From positions 128,001 through 192,000 of the IMG/VR virus record IMGVR_UViG_3300026549_000032: DNA of 64,000 bases. One strand, 5' to 3'. This DNA is from a virus (lineage: Duplodnaviria; Caudoviricetes). A model generated the notes under the pieces. The model was not told the DNA's origin, made no database searches, and saw only the letters and a list, made by a program, of their open reading frames with translations. The stretch's first letter is position 1; every line of letters starts with the position of its first letter. Position numbers and translations under genes: made by a program. This document shows, piece after piece, positions 1 through 10,538 of this stretch.

Positions 1-26
1 GTAAGCGAAATAGGTTGTCCAAATCT

Positions 27-2323
27 TCATTTCTTTTTCTTTAAGGCCCGCCAATTGGGTACTTCATCCTCCGCACCAGCTTTGATGTTTATAGCTGGTT
101 TAATGAAGTACAAGATGTCGGCGGTCGGTTTAATATTCTCAATGATTTCCTCCATTGGTTTATATGCCATAGGGGATTCATCGATTGTACTTATGTTGAC
201 GGACGTCGAGTAGATACCTTCCATAGACTTTTCAAAGTCCTTTAACTTCAAGGTATCTTTTGCCTTTGCTCTCGACATAACACGCCCTGCGCCATGTGAG
301 CAGGAGTAGTTCCAATCAGGATTTCCTTTCCCCACACAGACTGCCATACCGTCTCTCATGTTGAATGGGAGAAGGAATGTCTCATGAAGATTAGCTCGTA
401 CGGCACCCTTTCTAATCATAGGAATACCATCAACTGTATCAAAGTCTATATAGTTGTGAGTAGTAGTTACCACCCCAACTTTCTTAGCCTCTTTGACAAT
501 CCCTTGATAAATCTCCTCAGCTAAGCGAAGGATAGTTTGATGATTATAGGCTGCATAAGCCTGTGCTATTACCATATCTGTCAGGTAGTAGCGAAGATCT
601 TCTCCTTCCAAGTAGCCAGGATTTCCCTGAGATTTATACTCGGCTATAGCCTTGTCTATCTCCTCACGAATCTTAGTTTTATCTTTGGTTCTTTCGCGAA
701 CCTCTCTTGTGATTTGTCTTTCGACTTGTTTATCGAGTTTAACTTTATTGGCTATGTCGTGCCACTTTCTCCATACCCTCTGGCCTAGGTTTCTAGAACC
801 AGTATGAATGGTAACGGCCTGGATTGGTGTCATCATATCTCCTCCTACACCACCAAAGATGGCAGTAGATGGAGAAACGCCCGTTCCATACTCGATAAAG
901 TGATTCATTTTTGTTACTTAAATACAATCTTATTATTATGTTCTTTTAGGAATAATCCTTTTCCAATTTTGTATTTCCATAGCTTTTTTATATTTTCTAT
1001 CAATATATAAATCGCTATCTATATACAATTTATGAGCAATAATTACAGCACTCTCATTTTTTATAACAATGTTGTAAACATTATCTCTCTTATTTCTATT
1101 TACTTTTTTATCTATGTTTAGCTCTTTCTTCAAGAATTTTAAAAATTCTTCTTTTAAAGACTCACTTTTAGTAACTAAACTTACAAAGGGTTCTGGATTT
1201 TTAGCTCTTGTAAATCCAATACTACCATCACCATCTATTACTCCTCTCCAGAAAGAATATTCATCGTATTCTACTTTTGGAGTAGAGGCATTTATCGTTT
1301 TATCTGATGTTGGAAATCCAAATGAGATCAACTTATCTCTGAACTCTTTTCTATGGTTTGTAAAAATTTTTGTTTTATATCCATTTTTGAAATTGGTATT
1401 TCTAGTTCTTTCACGTATTCCAGAATTAGGAATCACGCTGAATAGTTTCATTACAATATCTTCGTCTTTTTCACCAACCTCAAGAGTCACTTTACCTCTA
1501 TTTCTAGTAGTTAGATAAAGTGAACCATCAGTTATGAGCAGACCATAGATATAGCTTTCTATTTTATCCATTCAATTTAATTAATTTTATGTATTTAAGG
1601 CTAGATCATTTCTGTCTAGCTCTGCCAGTTCTTAGTTCCTGACAGATCGGAGCACACCTTCAGCCTTTATAGACTGCTCAAGTCCCTCTGCTCTCTACGG
1701 GGGTATTTAAACCTTCCCTCGGCGGTTAGCATCACAGCTTTCCCCGATATGGACGAGTTTTACAACTACTAGCTATTAACTAGTATGGAGGCAATCATTT
1801 CCTCACCTCCACCGATAGTTCCTATTGATTTATAGAATGTGGCTGGATCTATACCAACATCCTTCATCCATTCCTCCAAGTCATCTTCGTCTTGGAATTC
1901 TGGGACTATTGTTAGACCACCTGTTTTCTGATAAGCCTTTCTTAAGGACTCTCTAAGGAATTTTAAGAAATCCTTAACCTCAAACATCCTTTGTTCCTGA
2001 AGTCTCTTCCCTAAGGGGAACGTTTTCTTCAGGCGGTGTTCGAAAAGTGGATATTTATCGGCCGGAATAGGTTCGCTCATAAAAAGAGCACTAATGGAGC
2101 AACCTAGGTCGCAACCAACATGATCAGGATTAACCCAATCTCCGAGAGGAGCAGTAAATCCAATCACTATTCCTTCTCCTGAATGCACGTCAGGCATCAC
2201 TCTAACCTGTTTTCCTTCAAATGCTTTGTTTCTACAGACTTCGTAAATGGTTTCCATAGCTCCAGGTTCTACATAGTCTGTGAATATTTTACAATTAAAA
2301 TTCTCTAGTTCAATCATAGTCAT
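27..2323 (-). CDS. rtcB: RtcB-family RNA ligase, two exons (2323-1805 and 905-27), about 465 aa spliced
   Basis: Motifs MPDVHSG, VGCDLGC, IHTGSR, HNY, RKGA, SCSHGAGR and DESPMAYK are present. The conserved GT(L/I)GGG-NHFIE motif is split between ORF 1769..2404 (..IGTIGGG) and ORF 27..908 (NHFIE..) and rejoins in frame when 906-1804 is removed. Confidence 0.95.
906..1804 (-). mobile_element. Group I self-splicing intron in rtcB (899 nt)
   Basis: The 5' exon ends in U (GGAGGU) and pairs with GCCUCC in the intron, giving P1 with a U.G pair at the splice site. The intron ends in G (..AAAAUG). UGAUU in the P1 loop can pair with AAUCA of the 3' exon (P10). Core-like segments lie at about 1640-1770. 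Confidence 0.92.
936..1571 (-). CDS. Intron-encoded double-motif LAGLIDADG homing endonuclease
   Basis: YIYGLLITDG and FWRGVIDGDG motifs. It lies wholly inside the intron and is more AT-rich than the rtcB exons. Confidence 0.93.
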   Translation of the reverse strand: MDKIESYIYGLLITDGSLYLTTRNRGKVTLEVGEKDEDIVMKLFSVIPNSGIRERTRNTNFKNGYKTKIFTNHRKEFRDKLISFGFPTSDKTINASTPKVEYDEYSFWRGVIDGDGSIGFTRAKNPEPFVSLVTKSESLKEEFLKFLKKELNIDKKVNRNKRDNVYNIVIKNESAVIIAHKLYIDSDLYIDRKYKKAMEIQNWKRIIPKRT

Positions 2324-2525
2324 CAAGTGATCTTTCTTGTTTTCTATACTCTGCCATTCTCTCCTCGTATTTAGTACCAGCCAAGAATCCTTTTCTGAAA
2401 GCAAAATTCATGGCCTTTGTTACGATGGAGTTTATATCCAGTCCCTCTGCAATAAACTTCTTGACTGGTTCGTCAGTATCCTTGAAGTGATTCTGCAGGT
2501 CTGGTTTCTCTGGTTCTCTAATCAT
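2310..2525 (-). CDS. Hypothetical protein
   Basis: 71-aa ORF overlapping the rtcB start, in operon orientation. Confidence 0.6.
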   Translation of the reverse strand: MIREPEKPDLQNHFKDTDEPVKKFIAEGLDINSIVTKAMNFAFRKGFLAGTKYEERMAEYRKQERSLDDYD

Positions 2526-2627
2526 TGTTTATTTTCTTTTGGTTTATAGAACGGACAATTCATATAGGCTAGTGGACTATGTTCAAAGCATTCACTTTGA
2601 TTCCACGCCTCAGCACAGTTTCCTGAT

Positions 2628-3029
2628 TCAATGCACATTGTTTAGGTATATATTACTTAAAATTAGCCAAGTTACTACAATCTGGCACATATGTACTATT
2701 TGATCTGTCCAAAGACTAATCTTTTTTTGATTTGCTTTTAGATCGTCTATTATGTAGTGTGCCGTTGCATTTAATACAAATATTACGGTCACAGTCTCAT
2801 TAATTCCCTCCCATCCCCAAGTTATAACTAAGAATGGAAAAAGAATCATGATTGACCACGACATACTATGGATAGCTAGTGCCATTTTATAGTCGTTCTT
2901 ATAAAGATCGTCAGGGGCGTTCTTTTCCCACCAACACCTCTGTTTCATACTGCTTAGGCAGATTGGTTGTAACACAAAATCATCAATGATATGTGCTAGG
3001 ATCATAAATAGTAGGAGCTTAGTCATCAC
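2628..3029 (-). CDS. DUF3307-like membrane protein
   Basis: LAHIIDDFVLQ, HYIIDDLK and DQIVH motifs with hydrophobic helices. Confidence 0.75.
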   Translation of the reverse strand: MMTKLLLFMILAHIIDDFVLQPICLSSMKQRCWWEKNAPDDLYKNDYKMALAIHSMSWSIMILFPFLVITWGWEGINETVTVIFVLNATAHYIIDDLKANQKKISLWTDQIVHMCQIVVTWLILSNIYLNNVH

Positions 3030-3220
3030 TTATTAGCAATAATGTAACATAACACTACAATTCCAGCTACCATAACTGCTGGCCAGAATAACCAGGCTCC
3101 AACTGGGATTAGATTCCTTTTCCACCAAGAATCAGCTTCTTCAACTAAGACTCTTCCTATAATTAGAGCCCAAATTCCAAATACTAGATAAAGTATTGTT
3201 GCAATGATAATAGTTAGCAT
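3026..3220 (-). CDS. Small two-TM membrane protein
   Basis: Two hydrophobic segments, overlaps both neighbours. Confidence 0.65.
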   Translation of the reverse strand: MLTIIIATILYLVFGIWALIIGRVLVEEADSWWKRNLIPVGAWLFWPAVMVAGIVVLCYIIANK

Positions 3221-4254
3221 AATACTCTTGTTATTCTATTTAAAAATTTAACAGGTTCTCGGTTTTCGAAGTAGAATAGGAGGTCGTAATCGTCGGGCTG
3301 AGGAGGAATACCATGTAGGTCTTCATAGATTTGAGCCATATAATTCTTCGTCACTCCTTTCATTTCATAGGTTCCGTCAGAGAACTCCTTGAGGTATGCT
3401 CTGACACTCTGATCTGTAACTGTCTTGTATTCGACTGACTTCAGGAAGAATATCTGAGGATTCACGTAGGTCTGTTGTTCGGCAGCTACCCAATCACGAA
3501 CCTCTAAGAGGCCTTTCCAATCGATCTCTACTGGATCTGGTCCGAGGGCGAAGATAATTTCGTCGTTATCACGGGTAATAATCTCTCCCTTATCTCCAAT
3601 GAATTCTTTAATCGGTCCAGCAGCCTTGGTTATCATCCACTTCTCAATAGTCATCTGTCTGGAGGGATTTGTATTTCCAAAGACAACCACTCTAAGGTGT
3701 TTACTCTTCTTGATGTAATTCTTCACTGACTCCGGACACTTATCCCCAATGATAGCATCAACCCACTTATCGTAGAGTTCTTTAGGTTTCTTACCTTCCT
3801 CTGGTCCGACCGGAACTCCTGTGAAGAAGTCTGGAGAGATAGAAGATAGGGCTTGGTAATTAGCTCGAGACATATCTATACTCAGATAGTATTGCCCTAC
3901 CTTACTTTCATTATAGATATTATTCTTTGGGAGTTTCTCGGGGATATAATCAAACTCCTTGTTCGTAGCGGAGTACTCTTGAAGATCTTTCTTATTGAAA
4001 ACATCATACCAAGGACTCTGCAAAATACCTTGTAATAGAGCTTCTCGACCTTGGAAGTAGGAATCTATAAATGCCTTCGGATTTCCACCAAAGTCTTTCT
4101 CTACTCCTTGGAGAATCTCATCCCAGAGGGTTTTAGTTTTAAACATACCCTCATAAAGGTTCACCAGGTATTCAAAAGGACCATCTTCCATAACTGTAAT
4201 TGGAAGTTTCATGTCCTCAATAAATCTGTACTTTAATTCTCTATTTTCTATCAT
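3214..4254 (-). CDS. Hypothetical protein (346 aa)
   Basis: Long ORF directly after the promoter-like motif at 4263-4267. Confidence 0.8.
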   Translation of the reverse strand: MIENRELKYRFIEDMKLPITVMEDGPFEYLVNLYEGMFKTKTLWDEILQGVEKDFGGNPKAFIDSYFQGREALLQGILQSPWYDVFNKKDLQEYSATNKEFDYIPEKLPKNNIYNESKVGQYYLSIDMSRANYQALSSISPDFFTGVPVGPEEGKKPKELYDKWVDAIIGDKCPESVKNYIKKSKHLRVVVFGNTNPSRQMTIEKWMITKAAGPIKEFIGDKGEIITRDNDEIIFALGPDPVEIDWKGLLEVRDWVAAEQQTYVNPQIFFLKSVEYKTVTDQSVRAYLKEFSDGTYEMKGVTKNYMAQIYEDLHGIPPQPDDYDLLFYFENREPVKFLNRITRVLC

Positions 4255-4291
4255 ATCATAGGTAAGGGGAACAAAAGAGAAAGGAAGTGTT

Positions 4292-4906
4292 TTATACTTC
4301 CTCTATCTTTCTTATCTTAACATCACTCCATATATCCATAGGTGCTCCTACTGGTGTAAGGATATCCACACGATTAGTAAACCTTGGATTCATAGTATCA
4401 TGTACGATGTACCGACCATTGATTCGTTTGTTTCCTTTAACGACGGTCAATTCAATAATGTTCCCGTAGCTGTACTTATCAAGTAAGTCTCTACTAACGG
4501 CAACCCACCGAATTTGTCCTCGCTCAAGTTTCTTTAGGTCTATCTTACTATTATCCGCAGTCACTAGTGGATCTTCATCACATTGTAATACCACTGGATT
4601 ATACTGAGTAACTGTTACTCTTCCTCTGTGTTTCTTTTTCTTCTGAGCAACCATAGCCGGTTTGATTGTTTTCTTCACGGCTGGTTCTTCCCAGAGTAAA
4701 CACTCATCTATGGCTTCAGGATCAGGTCCATCATACTTACCAATGGATGCAATAGCTCCCTCCAGCCACTCTTTCTCCCGTTGTTCCTTGCTTTTAGGTT
4801 TGTCGGGGTTCAAGTTATGCCCGAATAGACAAAACATGAACATAACTGTTAGGGTGAACATTAATCTGTCGTCCCTCTTTTCATCTTTTGTCATACTTCT
4901 TGGCAA
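4292..4906 (-). CDS. Membrane-anchored 3D-domain (MltA-like) cell-wall protein
   Basis: N-terminal TM helix and 3D-domain motifs VTQYNP, VAVSRDLL, VHDTM and RVDIL. Confidence 0.75.
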   Translation of the reverse strand: MPRSMTKDEKRDDRLMFTLTVMFMFCLFGHNLNPDKPKSKEQREKEWLEGAIASIGKYDGPDPEAIDECLLWEEPAVKKTIKPAMVAQKKKKHRGRVTVTQYNPVVLQCDEDPLVTADNSKIDLKKLERGQIRWVAVSRDLLDKYSYGNIIELTVVKGNKRINGRYIVHDTMNPRFTNRVDILTPVGAPMDIWSDVKIRKIEEV

Positions 4907-5219
4907 TTATTTTAAGTTCATCATTCTTGCCATTTAAAGTACTCTTTAAGAGTGCGTCGGCAAGTAAAATTAGCGTATCAACTCCGACCGTATTTTTTAC
5001 TTTCGGAATATTCTCTTCTGTATATACCGTTCCATCGGTATCTTTATTATTAAACTGGAAAGAGGTATTTTTGTCCATTTTAATGGTCCTCTTTTTCAGT
5101 CGCTGTACGTAATACTGACAAGTTTCATTTACGAAACCTACCATCTCATCAATGACTTTACGTCTTTGTATGTCGAACTTTGCCCAGTTCTCATACCTTT
5201 TTCTGAAATAATTTTCCAT
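4881..5219 (-). CDS. Hypothetical protein
   Basis: 112-aa ORF after the promoter-like motif at 5251-5255. Confidence 0.7.
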   Translation of the reverse strand: MENYFRKRYENWAKFDIQRRKVIDEMVGFVNETCQYYVQRLKKRTIKMDKNTSFQFNNKDTDGTVYTEENIPKVKNTVGVDTLILLADALLKSTLNGKNDELKIIAKKYDKR

Positions 5220-5442
5220 ATTATTCTTCGTTTAATTATTCTACTATATATAAGGCGCTGATATACTTTTCAGACGGTCGAAATTAAAATACAGGACTCG
5301 ACACCTCCTTTCAAAAGATGTTGTCGTCTCTGTATACACAAACACAAACTACTTAAAACTCACTAAAAACCGGAACAATTATCATCGTTAATCGTTATTA
5401 CATTATTAGTTTTCACATTAATAAGGGTTTGAAGGGGAAGAC

Positions 5443-6372
5443 CTAAATCTCCCCTCCTATAATTAATTTTTCGAAGTCTTCCAAGCTAAGCTGTGTACCA
5501 GCTGCTCCAGCATGACCTCCTGCTTTGTCTGCTCCGAAACGACTTTGTAGGTATTCGCCACAGTTGAATTCTGGTCGTCTACCATTTTCCATGTACATAC
5601 CGAGCGTGAAGTATACACCGCCCGTAGTCTCGTCGGTTTTTCGATTGGCAGTCATGTAGATGTCATAGTCATCCTTAACTGAATCGAAAATCCTAGAACC
5701 CATGCTATTGGTCAGGATACAAATTCCTTTGTATCTTCCTGCAACAGTGACAGGGAATGAATACGTCTTCACGGCGGCCTTGAATTGCTGCTTCTCATAC
5801 TCATTGATCATTCGACCGGCCTCTAACATGTGATCCATAGAGAAACCATCAGTCATAAAATTATCGAAGTTCTCATAGATCTTGTCGAAGTTCATTCCGT
5901 ACTGTGCTTTTAGCGCGAGTTGGAATGGAACAATCTCTATGTCCCAGCTGAAACGTCCATGATCCCAGACGTCGTAGGCAGAGAGATATTGGATAGTCTT
6001 CGGAGGTTTAGCACCTCTGGTAAAGAATTCCCAGGCAAGTTCACACGCCCCCTGACCAATTCGTCTCAGGCCATCAATATCGTTATAGCCGTTGCTATCA
6101 GCGAGGTTTAGGGCAGTTACATGATGATCAATCCAGATCACGTCTACATTTCCCTTTAACCATTTCATAATGTTGGGAGGGAATGATATGTCAACCAGAA
6201 TGGCAGCATCAAACTCCATCTCATCGAACTTAGGCATTGGATCACCGTGTGTCCATCCTAGCATCTCAATTTCATCCCAATAATTCTCCTTAGTGAGGGC
6301 CCACTTAGTGACTCCCGCACTGAACAGTCCATCGTAATCTACTCGATGGTAAACTATAATTACTTTTTTCAT
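5443..6372 (-). CDS. DHH/DHHA1 phosphoesterase
   Basis: YH..D.DG, VDIS, WIDHH and C-terminal GGHAGAAG motifs. Confidence 0.9.
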   Translation of the reverse strand: MKKVIIVYHRVDYDGLFSAGVTKWALTKENYWDEIEMLGWTHGDPMPKFDEMEFDAAILVDISFPPNIMKWLKGNVDVIWIDHHVTALNLADSNGYNDIDGLRRIGQGACELAWEFFTRGAKPPKTIQYLSAYDVWDHGRFSWDIEIVPFQLALKAQYGMNFDKIYENFDNFMTDGFSMDHMLEAGRMINEYEKQQFKAAVKTYSFPVTVAGRYKGICILTNSMGSRIFDSVKDDYDIYMTANRKTDETTGGVYFTLGMYMENGRRPEFNCGEYLQSRFGADKAGGHAGAAGTQLSLEDFEKLIIGGEI

Positions 6373-7163
6373 ATTATATCAAGGAAGGTAGAATCTCCGT
6401 CGTAGACTCTCAGAAGGATTAACTCTTCATTGAAAGCGGTTCTCTCAATGTTTTCTTGAGTCACCACCATGCCACTCCAGGTGGAGATATCTTCGAATAC
6501 TTTATCCGTCCCACCAACGGTAGCGAAGTCACACTCTAAGAGATTGGAGATAGTCTCTCCATAGCGTTCACCAAAGAAGGACTTCTGACTATCCGTCAAG
6601 TCGCGAGCTACAAACAGGGCTATGGCTGTGTGGAAGTAATTCCTGATGTGCTCGGGATCTGAGAAGAGAGGATAGGATTTCATCTCCTTAAACTCCATTT
6701 TCTCCTTAAACTTGTCCTTCGAATAGAGAATTCTCTCATTGGCTTTCTGTCGATCGGGAGTTGAGATAGCTGAGCAAAGACTGCGTTCTGCCTCTTTGAT
6801 TTCCCACTTCCAAGTGGCAGCCTCTAAGACACAATCTGATAATGTGTCTATGTACCTGTCGATCAGTCCATTGGCAGCCTCCAAGGAATCAAACCAATAG
6901 TCATCAGCCTTAGTCTCGGCACCAACCCAGAAGTCTTTCCATGGGGCTGGGATCTCTAATTTCTCAGCAGTCTCCCTGACTTCCGCATATTTTCTACGGC
7001 AATGCACCTTGTACTTGTCCAGCTCTAGTGTTACGTCTATGAGCTTATCTTGGAAAGCACTAATTTCACGTCTGGCTGCATTTGCCTTCTCAAGTTCTTT
7101 CTTCTTAGTACTTAATAGTCGATCTAATTCATCGGTACTAATTTCTTTGTTCTTGAATTTCAT
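6369..7163 (-). CDS. Hypothetical coiled-coil protein
   Basis: 264-aa ORF with a charged helical N-terminus. Confidence 0.75.
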   Translation of the reverse strand: MKFKNKEISTDELDRLLSTKKKELEKANAARREISAFQDKLIDVTLELDKYKVHCRRKYAEVRETAEKLEIPAPWKDFWVGAETKADDYWFDSLEAANGLIDRYIDTLSDCVLEAATWKWEIKEAERSLCSAISTPDRQKANERILYSKDKFKEKMEFKEMKSYPLFSDPEHIRNYFHTAIALFVARDLTDSQKSFFGERYGETISNLLECDFATVGGTDKVFEDISTWSGMVVTQENIERTAFNEELILLRVYDGDSTFLDII

Positions 7164-7259
7164 TTGTCTTGTTTTGTTATTTGTTTCTCAAAGGTAAGGG
7201 GAACCTATGACTTTGTAGGTCTAAATTCCCCTTAGTGAATTCCTTCGTAAGTATGGCAG

Positions 7260-8327
7260 CTAGGAATTCTTTTGTCTAAGTTTGGTATAACTCTGCTTCC
7301 CTTTCGCCACTGACGAGGGATCAATGAGTCTCCAATACCTATTATTTTTGTTTTCAAATATGTTATCCGCGTACTCTGGAGGACGTTTATCGCTTTTAGA
7401 AGTTTCATGTACGGATTCTCCATCCTGCTTTATTCCAAAAGCATTGTCCCAAGAAACGTCAAATATGTCGCCTGCCTTACGACCTGTTAATGAGAGTGGT
7501 GATATTCCTCCACCATTCTTTACTAGTCGGATGATAATATACATATTACCTTCAATATCAATGAAGTCCGACTCTTTTACTTTTTCCGATCCTTTAAAAT
7601 CCCCTGTTATCATAGTCCAAGGAACATCTTCTCCCTTCTTATAGCCCTGATAAGAGCCTATTCCCTGAATATCATTCTTTATGGATATTCTGAGGGATAC
7701 AAGGAAGAGTTCCGCATCTAAGAAGTCACCACCTGGGGTTTGGATTATATTCTTATCGGAGGTATTCTTGAAACCACTAAGCTTCAATACCATGTACCGA
7801 ATTGATCCTCTCCATTCTTCCAAGGCGGAAGTTGGATACGTACTCAGGTCTAGGTTATCAAAGACCTTTTTCTCAGGATCAAACTGTCTCCAGGCAATGA
7901 TGTCAGCTGGGAAGATGATGAGTTTTGGCTTATATTCAATTCCGAAATACTCACACATCTTTTCTGAGAGGAACTTCTTGTGACCTATCTCACCGGTCTG
8001 ATGAGACATTATCACAGAATTGAACTTCTCCGTCTGAACAACCTTTTCCAGCTTATAGACTGTCTTAAGTCCATTCTCGTAGAGGTGTCCAGGGATGAGT
8101 TCTCCACTAGAATCCTCTACGGCAGGGAGGGGAAGTCTTGGCTTCTCAAGACGTTGATCGAGGAAGGATAGATAGCGATCCGTTGGGATAACATCTATCC
8201 TATCTCCCTTTAATCTAACGTAATGTGTTGCACGAGACCTATAGTGAAAGACGGGATATCCTTTCTCATCTTTCCCCTCGGTTACTCTAATCGTATCAGT
8301 ATCGTTATAACAATACATCCCTGCCAT
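7260..8327 (-). CDS. Hypothetical protein (355 aa)
   Basis: Long ORF coupled to the TelA-like gene by a 1-nt overlap. Confidence 0.8.
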   Translation of the reverse strand: MAGMYCYNDTDTIRVTEGKDEKGYPVFHYRSRATHYVRLKGDRIDVIPTDRYLSFLDQRLEKPRLPLPAVEDSSGELIPGHLYENGLKTVYKLEKVVQTEKFNSVIMSHQTGEIGHKKFLSEKMCEYFGIEYKPKLIIFPADIIAWRQFDPEKKVFDNLDLSTYPTSALEEWRGSIRYMVLKLSGFKNTSDKNIIQTPGGDFLDAELFLVSLRISIKNDIQGIGSYQGYKKGEDVPWTMITGDFKGSEKVKESDFIDIEGNMYIIIRLVKNGGGISPLSLTGRKAGDIFDVSWDNAFGIKQDGESVHETSKSDKRPPEYADNIFENKNNRYWRLIDPSSVAKGKQSYTKLRQKNS

Positions 8328-9523
8328 TACTTAAGCTCATCTGCTGTGATAGCTGCCTTACCAGTACCGTACATTTCTTCGAGGTCCTTGGCAATACCAC
8401 GGAGTTCCTCGCTGGTTTCTTTATTAATCCTAGAGATTTCTGCACGAGCTTCTGCTCTCTTCTGAGCAGCTTCACGTATATTCTGGGCTGATGTCTTGAG
8501 GGCCTCCACAACACTGGTATTAGCCTGACGATAGGCATCGAGATCGATGATATCACGCATGGCATTCTCCTCTACCTTGATGGTGATGTTCTTCATGTTC
8601 TCAGCATTCTGAACAATCATCTTATTGTGCATATCCTTGATGAGCTTCTGAGATTCTGCAATCTCTTCACTTCTCTGGTCAATGATAGCAATGGCGATAG
8701 AGGTTTCCCACTCTGGGAGCACATGATTCCTGATGTTCTCCGCACTGGAGGCCAGGATCTCAGTATTATCCTTCATCTTCTGGATCTGCGGGAGAAGGAT
8801 GTGGCCATTATATTGAGCTGCCATGAACAGCTGGTGACCACGCTCGTCGATCTTCTCAAGAAATCTCTTCTTAGAGATAAGTTCCTGATCAGACCACTTG
8901 CCCGGAGTTTCCTTGTTTTCCTCAAGCATTCTGTTATACTCGTCCTCAGTATCCTTAAAGAGCTGAGCGAGGGCAACGTAATCCATACCAAGCTGCTCTA
9001 TATAGGAGACAGTCTTTCTCTGAATCTCGTCCAAGGTATTGTAATCCTGGAAGAGGTCAGCCTGTTGTGTTGCCAGAGAGTCAGAGACACGGCCAATAGT
9101 CTTCTTAGCGGATTCGTGTTTCTGAATGAGTTTATCTACACGAGCTGCTGCCGGGACTCCGATAAAGGGGAGTTTGGCTACGAATTTCTTCCAACCGGTC
9201 AGTTTGTCGGGATCTGCGAGCTGAGACTCATTAATGACGTCTACAATCTCCTGAATATAACCACCGACAGGACCGGCCTTATCTATCTTGTTCATTTCCA
9301 GCAACTTCGCCGAGCACTCACTCTTTGTGGACTCAAGCTTAATGCCGAAAGATGACAAGGTCTTCTCGTCTTTTACGTGGCGAGTGATCTCACGACACCG
9401 AGCAACTGCCTCTGGAGACAAGCTACTGACGTCAACGCGACCATCTTCACCAACAACACGACTAAGTTTCACCAATGCGTCGTCCGCACTTTCTCTTACT
9501 GTTTTTACAATTTCGTTTGCCAT
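8327..9523 (-). CDS. Toxic anion resistance protein (TelA/KlaB family)
   Basis: All-helical 398-aa protein with family-like segments LSSFG, PQIQKMKDNT..L, VLPEWETSIAIAI and IIDLDA. Confidence 0.8.
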   Translation of the reverse strand: MANEIVKTVRESADDALVKLSRVVGEDGRVDVSSLSPEAVARCREITRHVKDEKTLSSFGIKLESTKSECSAKLLEMNKIDKAGPVGGYIQEIVDVINESQLADPDKLTGWKKFVAKLPFIGVPAAARVDKLIQKHESAKKTIGRVSDSLATQQADLFQDYNTLDEIQRKTVSYIEQLGMDYVALAQLFKDTEDEYNRMLEENKETPGKWSDQELISKKRFLEKIDERGHQLFMAAQYNGHILLPQIQKMKDNTEILASSAENIRNHVLPEWETSIAIAIIDQRSEEIAESQKLIKDMHNKMIVQNAENMKNITIKVEENAMRDIIDLDAYRQANTSVVEALKTSAQNIREAAQKRAEARAEISRINKETSEELRGIAKDLEEMYGTGKAAITADELK

Positions 9524-9576
9524 ACTTTAAAATAGTTTATGTTTATCACACCTATAAGGAAATTAAAACCCAAGGA

Positions 9577-10260
9577 TTATTCCAAGGGTTTTGTCATGTC
9601 ATACTTATAAAGTTCAGCCGGAGAGACGAGATGTTTCTCGAAGAATTCCTTACATCTCTTCTTTCTAAACTCTAGTTCTCCTTCTGGAGTTCCATAAGTT
9701 TGCTGAAGCCAGCCGTAGGAAGAAAGTTCTTTCTTTTTCTTCTTCTCAGATTTCCAACGTTTCTTGATCTTCTCAAGGAGGGCAGCCTCTTCTTTCAGTT
9801 CTTCACGAAGTTTGATCATCATGGGCCAATCCTCCATGAATTCAATGATTTCATAGGTCTGTCTCTCTTCGGGTTTTAATTTCTTAATCCATTCCCGCTC
9901 GTCTTTGGTGGGTCTCCGGATAAGACGGCCATTATCGTCCTTGATATAGAAATAGTCGGAGTCGATAACATAATAGTTCTTAAGGAGGTAGTCTATGACA
10001 TCGTCCTTAGCTTCATCAATGTCAAGCATGGACCAACCTTCGGGGATCCAATCATAAGTGTCACCCCAATCTTTATTTGCCGGACTTGTATTATCATAAA
10101 TAGACAATTCTCCTCCCATGCCAGAACTTTTCCCGGAGTCAATAGACTCAAGGTCCTTCAAGATGTCGGCCACACTCTTTCCGTAGTTTCTAAAGATGAA
10201 AACTTCTGAGGATGAGTTGGTAATGACATCTGTCTTACTTCTTACTCTTCTTTTTGCCAT
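9577..10260 (-). CDS. TNSS-tag family protein 1
   Basis: N-terminus VRSKTDVITNSSSEVFI. Shares SGMGG..[IV]YDN with 10993..11547. Confidence 0.85.
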   Translation of the reverse strand: MAKRRVRSKTDVITNSSSEVFIFRNYGKSVADILKDLESIDSGKSSGMGGELSIYDNTSPANKDWGDTYDWIPEGWSMLDIDEAKDDVIDYLLKNYYVIDSDYFYIKDDNGRLIRRPTKDEREWIKKLKPEERQTYEIIEFMEDWPMMIKLREELKEEAALLEKIKKRWKSEKKKKKELSSYGWLQQTYGTPEGELEFRKKRCKEFFEKHLVSPAELYKYDMTKPLE

Positions 10261-10538
10261 GTTGTATCCTTTACTTTACTTTTACCAAATGCTCTCTTTA
10301 AGTGCTTCTCAGTATCAATCAGACCACAAGGGCCATGGAGATACTCTATATCAACGGCAGTCCCATCGAAGGTATCACTGAAATCTGCCGTAAAGATATC
10401 CGGTTTCTTTGGGTTATTCCTAGTTCCAAATGTACCAAGACCTTCTAGGTAATCATACCAAGTTTCCATGACGGTTTCCCAATCACCGCTCTTTTGGATT
10501 CGGTACGATTCTATAACCTCGTCGTATTTGTTGATCAT
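10242..10538 (-). CDS. Hypothetical protein
   Basis: 98-aa ORF overlapping both neighbours. Confidence 0.7.
   Translation of the reverse strand: MINKYDEVIESYRIQKSGDWETVMETWYDYLEGLGTFGTRNNPKKPDIFTADFSDTFDGTAVDIEYLHGPCGLIDTEKHLKRAFGKSKVKDTTWQKEE

Noticed and set aside
1769-1804. C-terminal EEMIASILVNS of ORF 1769..2404 and the Met start of ORF 27..908
   Set aside because: Both are intron sequence. The ATG's G is the intron's terminal G.
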